A stretch of DNA of 64,000 nucleotides. Origin: Candidatus Omnitrophota bacterium (GTDB lineage Bacteria > Omnitrophota > Gorgyraeia > Duberdicusellales > 4484-171). Every line of letters begins with the position of its first letter. The stretch's first letter is position 1. The stretch lies in the NCBI GenBank assembly GCA_003154195.1, contig PMCS01000030.1:123446-187445 (forward strand), written 5' to 3'. The notes beneath the pieces were generated by a model, which saw only the letters and a program-made list of their open reading frames with translations, was not told the DNA's origin and made no database searches. Of the stretch, positions 55,993 through 64,000 are shown in pieces. A program made the position numbers and the translations under genes.

Positions 55993-57420
55993 ATGCTTTA
56001 CGACGTTATCATCATCGGCGGCGGAGTGGCGGGGACGGCAATCGCGCGGGAGTTATCGCGGTTCCGGATATCAACCGCTCTTTTAGAAAAGGAAGAAGAG
56101 CTCGCTTTTGGCGTTTCTAAATCCAATAGCGGTATCATCCACCCGGGGACGCAGAATCCACCCGGTTCTTTAAAGGGGCAGCTTTGCGTATGGGGGAACC
56201 GGCTGACCAGGGAAATTGCCGGAGAACTGGGCGTTGATTTTAAGGAAGTGGGAGAATTAATCGTCGCGTTTAACCAGGGAGAGCTCGCGCAGCTGCAGCA
56301 GATTAAAAAAGACGCGCAAGCCCTGGGCGTGCCGCGCTTGAAAATCGTCAACCGCGCCTGGCTCGATAAAAACGAACCCAATCTTTCGCGGGAAGCGATC
56401 GCCGCGCTTTACGCGCCTACCGCGGGGATCATCAGCCCCTATCGGCTGGTTTACGCTTTAGCCGCCGACGCTTTAGCTAACGGCGTGGAAATTTTTACGC
56501 GGGCAAAAGTGCAGAATATCCGGCGTAAGGGCGACTGTTTCGAGGTTCATACCACGCGCGGCATTTTCGACGGCCAATATATCGTTAATGCCGCCGGGCT
56601 TTTTGCCGACGAAGTGGCGGCAATGGCCGGCGCCGGTAATTTTACGATCACCCCGCGTAAAGGCGAAGAATTTTTGTTGGATAAAAAATGCCGCGATTTA
56701 ACCAACCACCTTATTTTTCCTTTGCCATCAAAGGCTTCCAAGGGTATTCTGGTTATAAAGACAAGCGACGGCAATCCGATGATCGGCCCGACTGCCTGCG
56801 AGGCGGCCGGCAAAGATGATTTATCGACTACCGATGAGGGGTTGGCGAATGTTCTGGCGGCGGCAAAAAAACTGGTTCCCTCAATCGACGGAAAGGATAT
56901 CATCGCTTACTTCGCGGGATTGCGTCCTATCGCGGGGGATGATTTTATCATTCGCGCCGAAGAAGGCGAGCGGAAATTTATTAATGTCGCCGGTATCCAG
57001 TCGCCGGGGTTGACCGCGGCGCCGGCAATTGCGATTGTTGTGATCGAGACCTTAAACAAAAACGGCTTGGCCTTTAAACGAAAATCTCTTTTTAAGCAAA
57101 ACTGTGTGGAACCCGGCCATTTGTTTTCCGTACCGTTGGCGAAGACAAAAGAATTCATCGAGAAAGACCCGGCTTACGGCGATATCGTTTGCCGCTGCGA
57201 ACTTGTTTCGGCCAAAGAGATAAAAGATGCCGTATCTGCCGGCGCGGCAACGCTGGACGGTATAAAATTCCGCACCCGCGCCCAGGCCGGACGCTGCCAT
57301 GGGAGTTTTTGCACGACCAGGATCATGAAAATTTTGGCTGAGAGTACAAATAAAAAATTAACAGAAATTACCAAACGTGGCAAAGGGTCGGAGATCGTGA
57401 AGGGGGATAGAGGTGGATAG
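55993..57420 (+). CDS. FAD-dependent oxidoreductase, GlpA-like (anaerobic glycerol-3-phosphate dehydrogenase subunit A-like), with a C-terminal BFD-like [2Fe-2S] domain
   Basis: DVIIIGGGVAGTAIA motif; C-terminal CRCELVSAKEIKDAV...CHGSFC. Confidence 0.75.
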   Translation: MLYDVIIIGGGVAGTAIARELSRFRISTALLEKEEELAFGVSKSNSGIIHPGTQNPPGSLKGQLCVWGNRLTREIAGELGVDFKEVGELIVAFNQGELAQLQQIKKDAQALGVPRLKIVNRAWLDKNEPNLSREAIAALYAPTAGIISPYRLVYALAADALANGVEIFTRAKVQNIRRKGDCFEVHTTRGIFDGQYIVNAAGLFADEVAAMAGAGNFTITPRKGEEFLLDKKCRDLTNHLIFPLPSKASKGILVIKTSDGNPMIGPTACEAAGKDDLSTTDEGLANVLAAAKKLVPSIDGKDIIAYFAGLRPIAGDDFIIRAEEGERKFINVAGIQSPGLTAAPAIAIVVIETLNKNGLAFKRKSLFKQNCVEPGHLFSVPLAKTKEFIEKDPAYGDIVCRCELVSAKEIKDAVSAGAATLDGIKFRTRAQAGRCHGSFCTTRIMKILAESTNKKLTEITKRGKGSEIVKGDRGG

Positions 57421-57435
57421 TAAAAAGTAATAATC

Positions 57436-57568
57436 GGCTAAGGCTAAGGTTATGAAGCCGGTATAGGTAAAGGTGAGGGTTAGGGCTTAAAACAATTTTT
57501 TAGCCTTAACCTTGACCCTAACCCTAACCTATACGGGCATCATTACCCTTACCCTAACCATTTTGTAT
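57436..57568. repeat. about 130-bp imperfect palindrome of GGCTAAGG / GGTTAGGG / CCCTAACC short repeats (family B)
   Basis: Arms GGCTAAGGCTAAGGTTATG...GGTGAGGGTTAGGGC and GCCTTAACCTTGACCCTAACCCTAACC...CCCTTACCCTAACC. Confidence 0.55.
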
Positions 57569-57610
57569 ACTATGCCGGCGTCGTAACCATAGCCTTTACC
57601 GGAGTATATT

Positions 57611-58618
57611 ATGTTAACTCGTGATTTGGTGATTATCGGTGGTGGCCCGGCAGGAATGGCGGCGGCAATTTCCGCGCAGGAAGCCGGCGTAAAAAATATC
57701 CTGTTGCTGGAGCGTGACCAATTCCTGGGGGGGATATTGAACCAGTGTATCCATACCGGTTTCGGGCTGGATTATTTTAAGGAAATCTTGACCGGGCCGG
57801 AATATGCCGGCCGTTTCATCGAACGCGTGGAAAAAAATAAGGAGATAGAAGTAAGTTTAAAATCTTTTGCGGTCAGCTTGACAAGAGACAAGGAAATTAC
57901 TTATTTAAAACCCGGAAAATTGGAGCAGCTGAAAGCTAAAGCGATTATCATGGCTACGGGTTGCCGTGAGAAAACCCGCGAGATGATTCATATCCCGGGA
58001 ACCCGGCCGGCGGGGATTTTCAGCGCGGGATTGGCGCAAAAACTTATCAATATCGAAGGGTTATTGCCCGGCAAAGAAGCGGTGATCGTGGGCAGCGGCG
58101 ATATCGGTTTAATCATGGCGCGCCGTTTTATTTTAGAGGGAGCAAAAGTAAACGCGGTCGTGGAAATACAGGACAAAAGCCGGGGGCTATTGCGCAATAT
58201 CGTACAGTGCCTGGAAGATTTCGATATACCTATATATTATAACCATAAAATCTCTCAAGTCTACGGTAAGGACAGGGTCGAGGCGGTTGATGTAGTTAAG
58301 GTTGACGCCGGCAATAATGAAATAGCCGGTTCAAAGTCAAAGTTGGCATGTGACACTCTGCTTGTTTCGGTAGGATTGATTCCCGAAAACGAATTAATCG
58401 AAATGGCCGGGGTTGCTCTCGATAAAAAAACCAATTCGCCGATAGCGGACGGCGTAAACAAAACGTCGCTCCCGGGCATTTTCGCCTGCGGGAATTGTTT
58501 TAAAGTTTACGATCTGGTAGATAACGTCACTAAAGATGCGGAGCTGGCGGGACGAATGGCGGCGGAATATCTTAATCAGGAAAATACCGCTTCCGACATT
58601 TTACCGATATGGGAATAA
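57611..58618 (+). CDS. NAD(P)/FAD-dependent pyridine-nucleotide-disulfide-type oxidoreductase (second component of the GlpA-like module)
   Basis: Two Rossmann motifs: VIIGGGPAGMAAA and VIVGSGDIGLIMA. Confidence 0.7.
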   Translation: MLTRDLVIIGGGPAGMAAAISAQEAGVKNILLLERDQFLGGILNQCIHTGFGLDYFKEILTGPEYAGRFIERVEKNKEIEVSLKSFAVSLTRDKEITYLKPGKLEQLKAKAIIMATGCREKTREMIHIPGTRPAGIFSAGLAQKLINIEGLLPGKEAVIVGSGDIGLIMARRFILEGAKVNAVVEIQDKSRGLLRNIVQCLEDFDIPIYYNHKISQVYGKDRVEAVDVVKVDAGNNEIAGSKSKLACDTLLVSVGLIPENELIEMAGVALDKKTNSPIADGVNKTSLPGIFACGNCFKVYDLVDNVTKDAELAGRMAAEYLNQENTASDILPIWE

Positions 58619-58638
58619 ATTTTAAAAAGATAATTTTT

Positions 58639-59004
58639 ATGAATAATATAACTAAAAAATTGACCTGTATCGAATGTCCTAAGGGCTGCGCTTTGACGAT
58701 CGATATCCAGAAAGGCAAGGTTGTCGGGGTTTCCGGCAATACCTGTCCCAAGGGTGATGATTATGCCCGGGTTGAGGTGGAAAACCCGATGCGTATTCTT
58801 ACGGCAACCGTGTTGGCGCAAGGGTTAGCGCTTAAGGTGATACCGGTTAAAACCAGCGGCCCGATCGCGAAAGCCAAGATAAAAGACGCGTTGAGCCGGA
58901 TTAAAAAACTTAAGATAACCATGCCGGTTAAAACCGGTGATTGTCTCGTGGAAAATTTTTTGGGGGCGGGGGTAAACTTGGTGGTAACGCGCCATTGTGC
59001 TTAA
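58639..59004 (+). CDS. DUF1667-domain protein (third component of the GlpA-like module)
   Basis: CIECPKGC ... CPKGDDY cysteine motifs. Start at ATG 58639; the ORF track start overlaps the upstream stop. Confidence 0.6.
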   Translation: MNNITKKLTCIECPKGCALTIDIQKGKVVGVSGNTCPKGDDYARVEVENPMRILTATVLAQGLALKVIPVKTSGPIAKAKIKDALSRIKKLKITMPVKTGDCLVENFLGAGVNLVVTRHCA

Positions 59005-59075
59005 ATCCGGTTTTTGTTTGAATTTTCTGTTGGCTTTCCGGAGAAACAGAGCTATAATTATTTAGATAGGAGAGG

Positions 59076-62000
59076 ATGATGAATAAAAAAATAATAACCG
59101 GCCGGATGTTATTTTGCGCATTAGCGCTGTGCCTGGTTGCTGTTTTTCAGGTTTTCGCGGAAAATATTATCTTGAAATCCGGGCGCGTAATCAACAAGCC
59201 CGTTATCGAGAAAGGTTACGATTTTATAAAAATCGATTTTGACGAAACGGTTTTAAAATTCTATTATTACGAGATTGCCAGCATTGATGGTAAGAGCGTT
59301 GAGATATTTACCGCGCCCGCCGAACAAACCGCCCAAGAAATTCCTGCCGCGGCTAACGCCGGAGAAGGAACCGCTAACCCCGAACCCGTAAAGAAAGAAA
59401 CGGCAGATAAAGATAAGCAAACGGTTGAGTCGCCGGCAGAAGGGCAAAGCGCAAAAAGCGCAGGGGAAAGCGTAAAACCGGAAATTTCCGAAAAAGATAA
59501 AGAAGCCGCCGATGCCGGGCAGCAAGCCCCGGCGTTATTTCCTGCGCCGGTGAGCGAAAAAGTTACGGCGCAAATTACAGTTTCTCCTGATTCTCACGGC
59601 GGCAGCCTCGCGGAAGAAATAGAAGTTCTTAAAAGAGAAATCAAGGATAAAGAAGATGAGCTGGCGCGGTTGAAGGCGGATTCGGCGGAAAAAGATAAGC
59701 TCACCGCTTTGTTGAAAGAACAGAATGAAGCGTTCGCGGCAAAAGAAAAAGACATTTTTTCCGGTACCGTTCGTTTCAACGATGAAATAAGCCGTTTATC
59801 CCAGGAGCTCGAGGCGGTTAAGAAATCGTTAAGGGATAAGGAGGACGATTTGGCGCAGGAAAAAAGCCTTTCGTCCGATAAGGATAAGCTTATCGCCGGT
59901 TTAAAAGAGCAGGTCTCCGCTTTTTCTTCCACGGAGCAGGAGCTGAATACTACTCTCAACCGGGCCAATTCCGGCATGATCGGCCTTGCCGAGGAATTGC
60001 AGGGATTTAAGAAAAGCCTTAAGGAAAAAGAAGCGGCGCTTGAGGAAATGAAACAACAGGCAGGGGGAAAGGACAGGGCTCTCGCTCATTTGCAGGAAAA
60101 AGCCAATTCGGCGGCAGATAAAGAAAAAAATTTCGATTCTTCCCTGGACGAAGCCGGCAGGAAAATTGCCGAACTTACAAAAAATAATGAAACCCTGACA
60201 GCCGATTTAAACGCGAAAAGCGCAAACCTTAATGAAGAGGCGGCAAAGATTTCCCGGAAGGATAAGATTATCGAAGACCTCAGCGCCAGGCAGGCCATCC
60301 TTTCGGAAAAAGAAAAAGAAAGTACCGATATTATAAATAAACTTAACGTTCAGCTCTCCGGTTTGTCCCGGGATATCGCTTCGTTTAAAAACGGCCTTGA
60401 GGCGAAAGATAATCATTTGCGCGAAAACGAAGGAAAATTTATCGCTAAGGACGAGCTTATCGCGAACCTCGCGGAAAAAAATAAAACTTTATCCGAGAAG
60501 GAAAAGCAATTGGCTGAGAACCTCGCGCGGGTAAACGCTGACTTAGGAAATATTTCCCGGGAAAGGGAAGCGTTAAGAAAAAGCGCCGGGGAAAAAGAGG
60601 CGGCGTTATCCCGTCTTGATAAAGATTTCTCCGATTTGTCGGCAAGAGAAAAAAATCTTAACGCGCAATCGGCAAAATCAAACGCCGTCGCTGAGAGCCT
60701 GGCAAATAATATCGATTCGTTGAAGAAGGAGCTCGGCGTAAAAGATAATGTTATCAACGAAATAAACGCTAAGTCAAAGGATAAAGACGCCGTCATCGTT
60801 TCCCTGCAGGAAACCAACGCGCAGTTTGCCGAAAAAGAAAAGGGATTGTCTTCTTCTCTGGCCCAGGCGGGGCTTAGCCTTTCCAATTTTTCCCAGGAAG
60901 TCGGCGCCCTTAAAAAAGTGATTCAAGCTAAAGATGACGCCATCCGGCAGGAAAAAGACCAATCCGCCGCAAAAGATAAACTTATCGCTTCGTTGAGCGC
61001 GCAGAATGAAAATATTCTCCGGAAGGAGGCGTTGATTGAGTCGAATTTCGATAAAGCGGGAGAAAGCATTTCTGCGCTTACGAAAGAAATGGAAACTCTT
61101 AAGAAAGACTTAAGCGCCGCGGAATTCCGCTACAAAGATGAAGTGGCACGTTCCCTGGAAAAAGATAATTCGCTCGAAGCCTTGAAAGCGCAGAGCGCCG
61201 CTGTAATCAAAAAGAACGACGAATATGAAACGACCGCCCGGGCGCTTAATTCAAAGCTGGAGAGTTTATCCAGGGAGATGGAAGATGTAAAAAATGAATT
61301 GGCGTTAGAGAAATCCCGTTCGCGGGATAAAGATAAACTGATTGTTGCCTTTAAAGATGAAAATGTGCGCGTTCTTTTAAGCGAGAAGGAATTATCCGCT
61401 AAATTTGACCGGGCCAATTCGCGCGCCGGCATTTTAGAAAAAACTTGCGGTGAAAAAGACGCTCAAGCAATCCAAAAAGATAATTTAATCGCGGGCTTGC
61501 AGAGTCAGAATAATGTTCTGGCGAAAAAGGCGGAGAGTGTGGCGGTAACGCTCGCGCAATCAAATCTAAGCGTTTCTCATTTCGCTAAGGAACTGGAAAA
61601 TTTTAAGAAAGAATTCAGTTTCCAGGGAGAAGCGATAAAAGCCAAAGACAGCCAGATCTCCCAGAAGGATGCAGCCCTCTCGGAGCTCAGCACTAAGCTC
61701 GCGTCTCTGACCCAGGAAAAGAATAACCAGCTTAACGAAAAGGAAGGTATCATCTCGTCTATTCCGGCAAAAGATAAGCTTATCGAATCTTTAAGGGGGC
61801 AGAATGTTGAATTGTCCAGGAAGAGAGAAGAGCTTAACGCCGAAACAGCCAGGCTTAATTCAGAAACTTCGCGTTTTACCAAAGAGATAGGCGCGCTTAA
61901 AGAAACCCTTGCGTCTAAAGACGCCGTTTTATTCCGGTCGGATGCTCAGGCTGCGGAGAAGGATAAGACTATCGCTTCGCTGAAAGAAGAAGCGGCTGCC

Positions 62001-63680
62001 GCTATTCAGAAAGGCGGCGCGATCACCGGGCTTAAGGGCCAGATCTCCCAGAAGGATGCAGCCCTCTCGGAGCTCAGCACTAAGCTCGCGTCTCTGACCC
62101 AGGAAAAGAAAGCCTTAGACGATACAGCGGCTAAATTAAACTCGGAGATCAGCCGTCTGTCCGGGGACAGAGAAGCTTTGCGAAAAGATAACGAGACTAA
62201 AGATAAATTGCTCAAGGAAAAGAATAACCAGCTTAACGAAAAGGAAGGTATCATCTCGTCTATTCCGGCAAAAGATAAGCTTATCGAATCAAAAGATACA
62301 GCTATCGCCGGTTTACAACAGCGTTTTAATGTTCTTGCGGCGGATAAAGACAGCCTTTTAGGAAAACTTAATGAGGCGGCGAAAAAAATCGATAGTTTAG
62401 AACGATCCACTACTTCTTTGCAAAAAGATACCGCCGGGCGCGAGAGTTTAAATAAGAAACTTCAGGCGCAGATTTCCGTCAACGATGAAGCAATCGCCGC
62501 TTTAAGAAAACAGGCCGATGCCGGCGCGGAAAAAGATAAGTTATTGGCCGTCGGGAAAGAAGAAAGGCAGAAATTTTTACAGAAAGAAAATAATTTGAAA
62601 GAGGAATTAGCTAAAGCCGGTTCCGAGATCAATCGCCTGAATGGAGCGTTGAATACCGGCCGGGGTGATCTTTTAACGCAGAGCGGGCAAATCCAGAAAC
62701 TTGAGGAGCAAGCCGAGGGAAAAGATAAGCTTTTGGCCGCCGCGAATCAACGCAATGACGTTTTATCCCGTAAAGAAAAAGATTCTGCCGCGGCGGTTTT
62801 CCGTTACGAAAATCTTGCTAAAGAGCTTGAGTCGGTAAGAAAAGATTTTGCGGGTAAAGAAACGGCTTATAAAGAAAAGCAGGCAAGATCTTTAGAAAAA
62901 GACAGCTTGATCGCGGAACTTAAGGCGCAAAATGCCAATCTTGCGAAAAAGGAAAACGATATTAACCGGAGTTTCACGAGCGCTAACCTGGAGATCAACC
63001 GTTTGTCGGCCGACCTTGCTGCGGCGCGTAACGAGATTAAATCCAAAGAGGGAATATTACAACGGTTGAGCAATCAGTCGCAGGGCCGGCAGGCGGTTGC
63101 CGCGACGATAAAAGGGCAGCAGCTGGCCGGGGGTTCTTCTCCGTCTAAAAATACCGCCGGTAAGGCCGGCGATAAGAACGAGGCGTTATTCTTATATGAA
63201 GAGATAGGAAGGCTTAACCGTAAGCTGGAAACAGACAGCAATATTTTAAAGGCAAAATACGGCCAGTCTCTGAGAAAAGACAAAGTGATTGACGATTTAA
63301 AAAATGAGATTACCAAAATGATTGATGAGTATAATGATGAGAGTGTGGCAAAAGAAAAAAATGTGGCCCAATTAAATAATCGAATAGCAGCTTTATCGAA
63401 AAGCAAACAAGATTTAGCCGGCGAGCTTGACGCGGTTACCGACGAAATCGGCCGTCTTACTGCCGCTTTCGTCGAGGAAAGCAAAACCGAAGATTCATCG
63501 AAGTTTTCCGGAGAAGCGCCAGCCGGCGCCGGCCGGTTGCGGAACATCTCCCGGTTAATTGAAGAAAAAGATAAGCAGATTGGGGAAAAAGAGAAACAAA
63601 TAGAATATTTAAAGAAAGTTATTGCCGACGTGATGGCAAAAATGAAGGTTGCTTCCGGCGGGGATTCGGCCGGCAGGTAA
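59076..63680 (+). CDS. giant (1534 aa) secreted coiled-coil repeat protein
   Basis: Signal peptide and a small N-terminal domain, then a Glu/Lys/Ala-rich region with more than 20 degenerate repeats carrying (E)KDKLIAxLKxQN motifs. Exact internal DNA duplications (61653-61789 versus 62040-62110 plus 62218-62288). Confidence 0.7.
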   Translation: MMNKKIITGRMLFCALALCLVAVFQVFAENIILKSGRVINKPVIEKGYDFIKIDFDETVLKFYYYEIASIDGKSVEIFTAPAEQTAQEIPAAANAGEGTANPEPVKKETADKDKQTVESPAEGQSAKSAGESVKPEISEKDKEAADAGQQAPALFPAPVSEKVTAQITVSPDSHGGSLAEEIEVLKREIKDKEDELARLKADSAEKDKLTALLKEQNEAFAAKEKDIFSGTVRFNDEISRLSQELEAVKKSLRDKEDDLAQEKSLSSDKDKLIAGLKEQVSAFSSTEQELNTTLNRANSGMIGLAEELQGFKKSLKEKEAALEEMKQQAGGKDRALAHLQEKANSAADKEKNFDSSLDEAGRKIAELTKNNETLTADLNAKSANLNEEAAKISRKDKIIEDLSARQAILSEKEKESTDIINKLNVQLSGLSRDIASFKNGLEAKDNHLRENEGKFIAKDELIANLAEKNKTLSEKEKQLAENLARVNADLGNISREREALRKSAGEKEAALSRLDKDFSDLSAREKNLNAQSAKSNAVAESLANNIDSLKKELGVKDNVINEINAKSKDKDAVIVSLQETNAQFAEKEKGLSSSLAQAGLSLSNFSQEVGALKKVIQAKDDAIRQEKDQSAAKDKLIASLSAQNENILRKEALIESNFDKAGESISALTKEMETLKKDLSAAEFRYKDEVARSLEKDNSLEALKAQSAAVIKKNDEYETTARALNSKLESLSREMEDVKNELALEKSRSRDKDKLIVAFKDENVRVLLSEKELSAKFDRANSRAGILEKTCGEKDAQAIQKDNLIAGLQSQNNVLAKKAESVAVTLAQSNLSVSHFAKELENFKKEFSFQGEAIKAKDSQISQKDAALSELSTKLASLTQEKNNQLNEKEGIISSIPAKDKLIESLRGQNVELSRKREELNAETARLNSETSRFTKEIGALKETLASKDAVLFRSDAQAAEKDKTIASLKEEAAAAIQKGGAITGLKGQISQKDAALSELSTKLASLTQEKKALDDTAAKLNSEISRLSGDREALRKDNETKDKLLKEKNNQLNEKEGIISSIPAKDKLIESKDTAIAGLQQRFNVLAADKDSLLGKLNEAAKKIDSLERSTTSLQKDTAGRESLNKKLQAQISVNDEAIAALRKQADAGAEKDKLLAVGKEERQKFLQKENNLKEELAKAGSEINRLNGALNTGRGDLLTQSGQIQKLEEQAEGKDKLLAAANQRNDVLSRKEKDSAAAVFRYENLAKELESVRKDFAGKETAYKEKQARSLEKDSLIAELKAQNANLAKKENDINRSFTSANLEINRLSADLAAARNEIKSKEGILQRLSNQSQGRQAVAATIKGQQLAGGSSPSKNTAGKAGDKNEALFLYEEIGRLNRKLETDSNILKAKYGQSLRKDKVIDDLKNEITKMIDEYNDESVAKEKNVAQLNNRIAALSKSKQDLAGELDAVTDEIGRLTAAFVEESKTEDSSKFSGEAPAGAGRLRNISRLIEEKDKQIGEKEKQIEYLKKVIADVMAKMKVASGGDSAGR

Positions 63681-63689
63681 TTTAACTAC

Positions 63690-64000
63690 CATTTTCGGGG
63701 ATAGTCCAACTACAAGTATTTTTTTGCGTCTTCGGTACAAATATCTAAATTTCACTAACCCCTTCGCTTCGCTCCGGGGTAATTCAACTACCGTTTCAAT
63801 CTGCGTTCTTCAGGCTTGATAATTCAACTAAGCCCGGAGTACCGGGCAAGTTTCATTACGGCGAAGTTTCAAACTCATTACCCTTCGGCTCCCTTCGGTC
63901 GCTCAGGGTAATTCGACTACAGCCTCTCGCTTCGCTCTTCCAGAGCTTGCGCTCGGCTAAGTCTCATTATAATAAATTGCTGCCCACTTCCGCAAGTTGA
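63690..64000. repeat. repeat family C array (at least three units ending GGGTAATTC(G/A)ACTAC ... CGGCTAAGTCTCATTA)
   Basis: Shares CCCCTTCGCTTCGCTC(A/C)GGGGTAATTCGACTAC and GGGGATAGT(T/C)CAACTACA motifs with 11728-11990. Confidence 0.5.

Noticed and set aside
59253-63547. Numerous antisense ORFs inside the giant coiled-coil gene (for example 60413..60886 and 63074..63547, both minus strand).
   Set aside because: They are artefacts of a repetitive GAA/AAG-rich coding sequence, whose antisense strand lacks stops, and they carry Ser/Phe-rich low-complexity translations.

Overview
This is a chromosomal segment from a bacterium with moderate GC content and a lot of intergenic palindromes. A guess at an uncultivated Omnitrophota-like lineage is only an inference from the pilus- and PilZ-rich gene content. 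The genes run in this order: a 5'-truncated gpsA; tRNA-Pro(GGG); two tandem PilZ genes; hom-thrC; argS; a glycine-cleavage/lipoylation block (gcvT, gcvH, gcvPA, gcvPB, a lipoate-ligase-family gene, lipA); and a small thioredoxin-like gene. A type IV pilus locus follows: a small HTH gene, a pilM/N fusion, pilO, pilP, the pilQ secretin, pilB, an inserted four-helix-bundle (rRNA-IVS-type) gene, pilC and a pilA-like pilin. Next comes a roughly 15 kb glycan/glycosylation island. Its minus-strand operon encodes a TMTC/PMT-like GT-C membrane protein with TPR repeats, a GT2 polyprenyl-phosphate sugar synthase-like enzyme and a DUF2079-like membrane protein. Its plus-strand genes encode a WbpB/WbpD-like dehydrogenase-acetyltransferase fusion, a radical SAM enzyme, a DegT aminotransferase, an AsnB/WbpS-like amidotransferase and a hexapeptide acetyltransferase. 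These are followed by a second pilin gene paired with a polytopic membrane protein, and then two minor pilins. After that come an OMP, a GlcD-like FAD oxidase, a NUDIX hydrolase, a pyrE-like phosphoribosyltransferase, M48 and CPBP proteases, tRNA-Ser(CGA), a TolB-like propeller gene split by an in-frame TGA, a PaaX-like regulator flanked by palindromes, tRNA-Leu(CAG) on the minus strand, an AEC transporter and a second TolB-like propeller. The window ends with ptsN, glgC, fusA, an alpha/beta hydrolase, glpK, a RayT/IS200-like transposase remnant, a three-gene GlpA-like/NAD-FAD oxidoreductase/DUF1667 module and a 1534-aa secreted coiled-coil protein carrying exact internal duplications. At least three dispersed families of REP-like palindromic or repeat elements fill the intergenic space. 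No CRISPR array, rRNA gene or intact mobile element is present. The best candidate for a novel system is the pilin-linked glycosylation island at about 21.6-36.6 kb.
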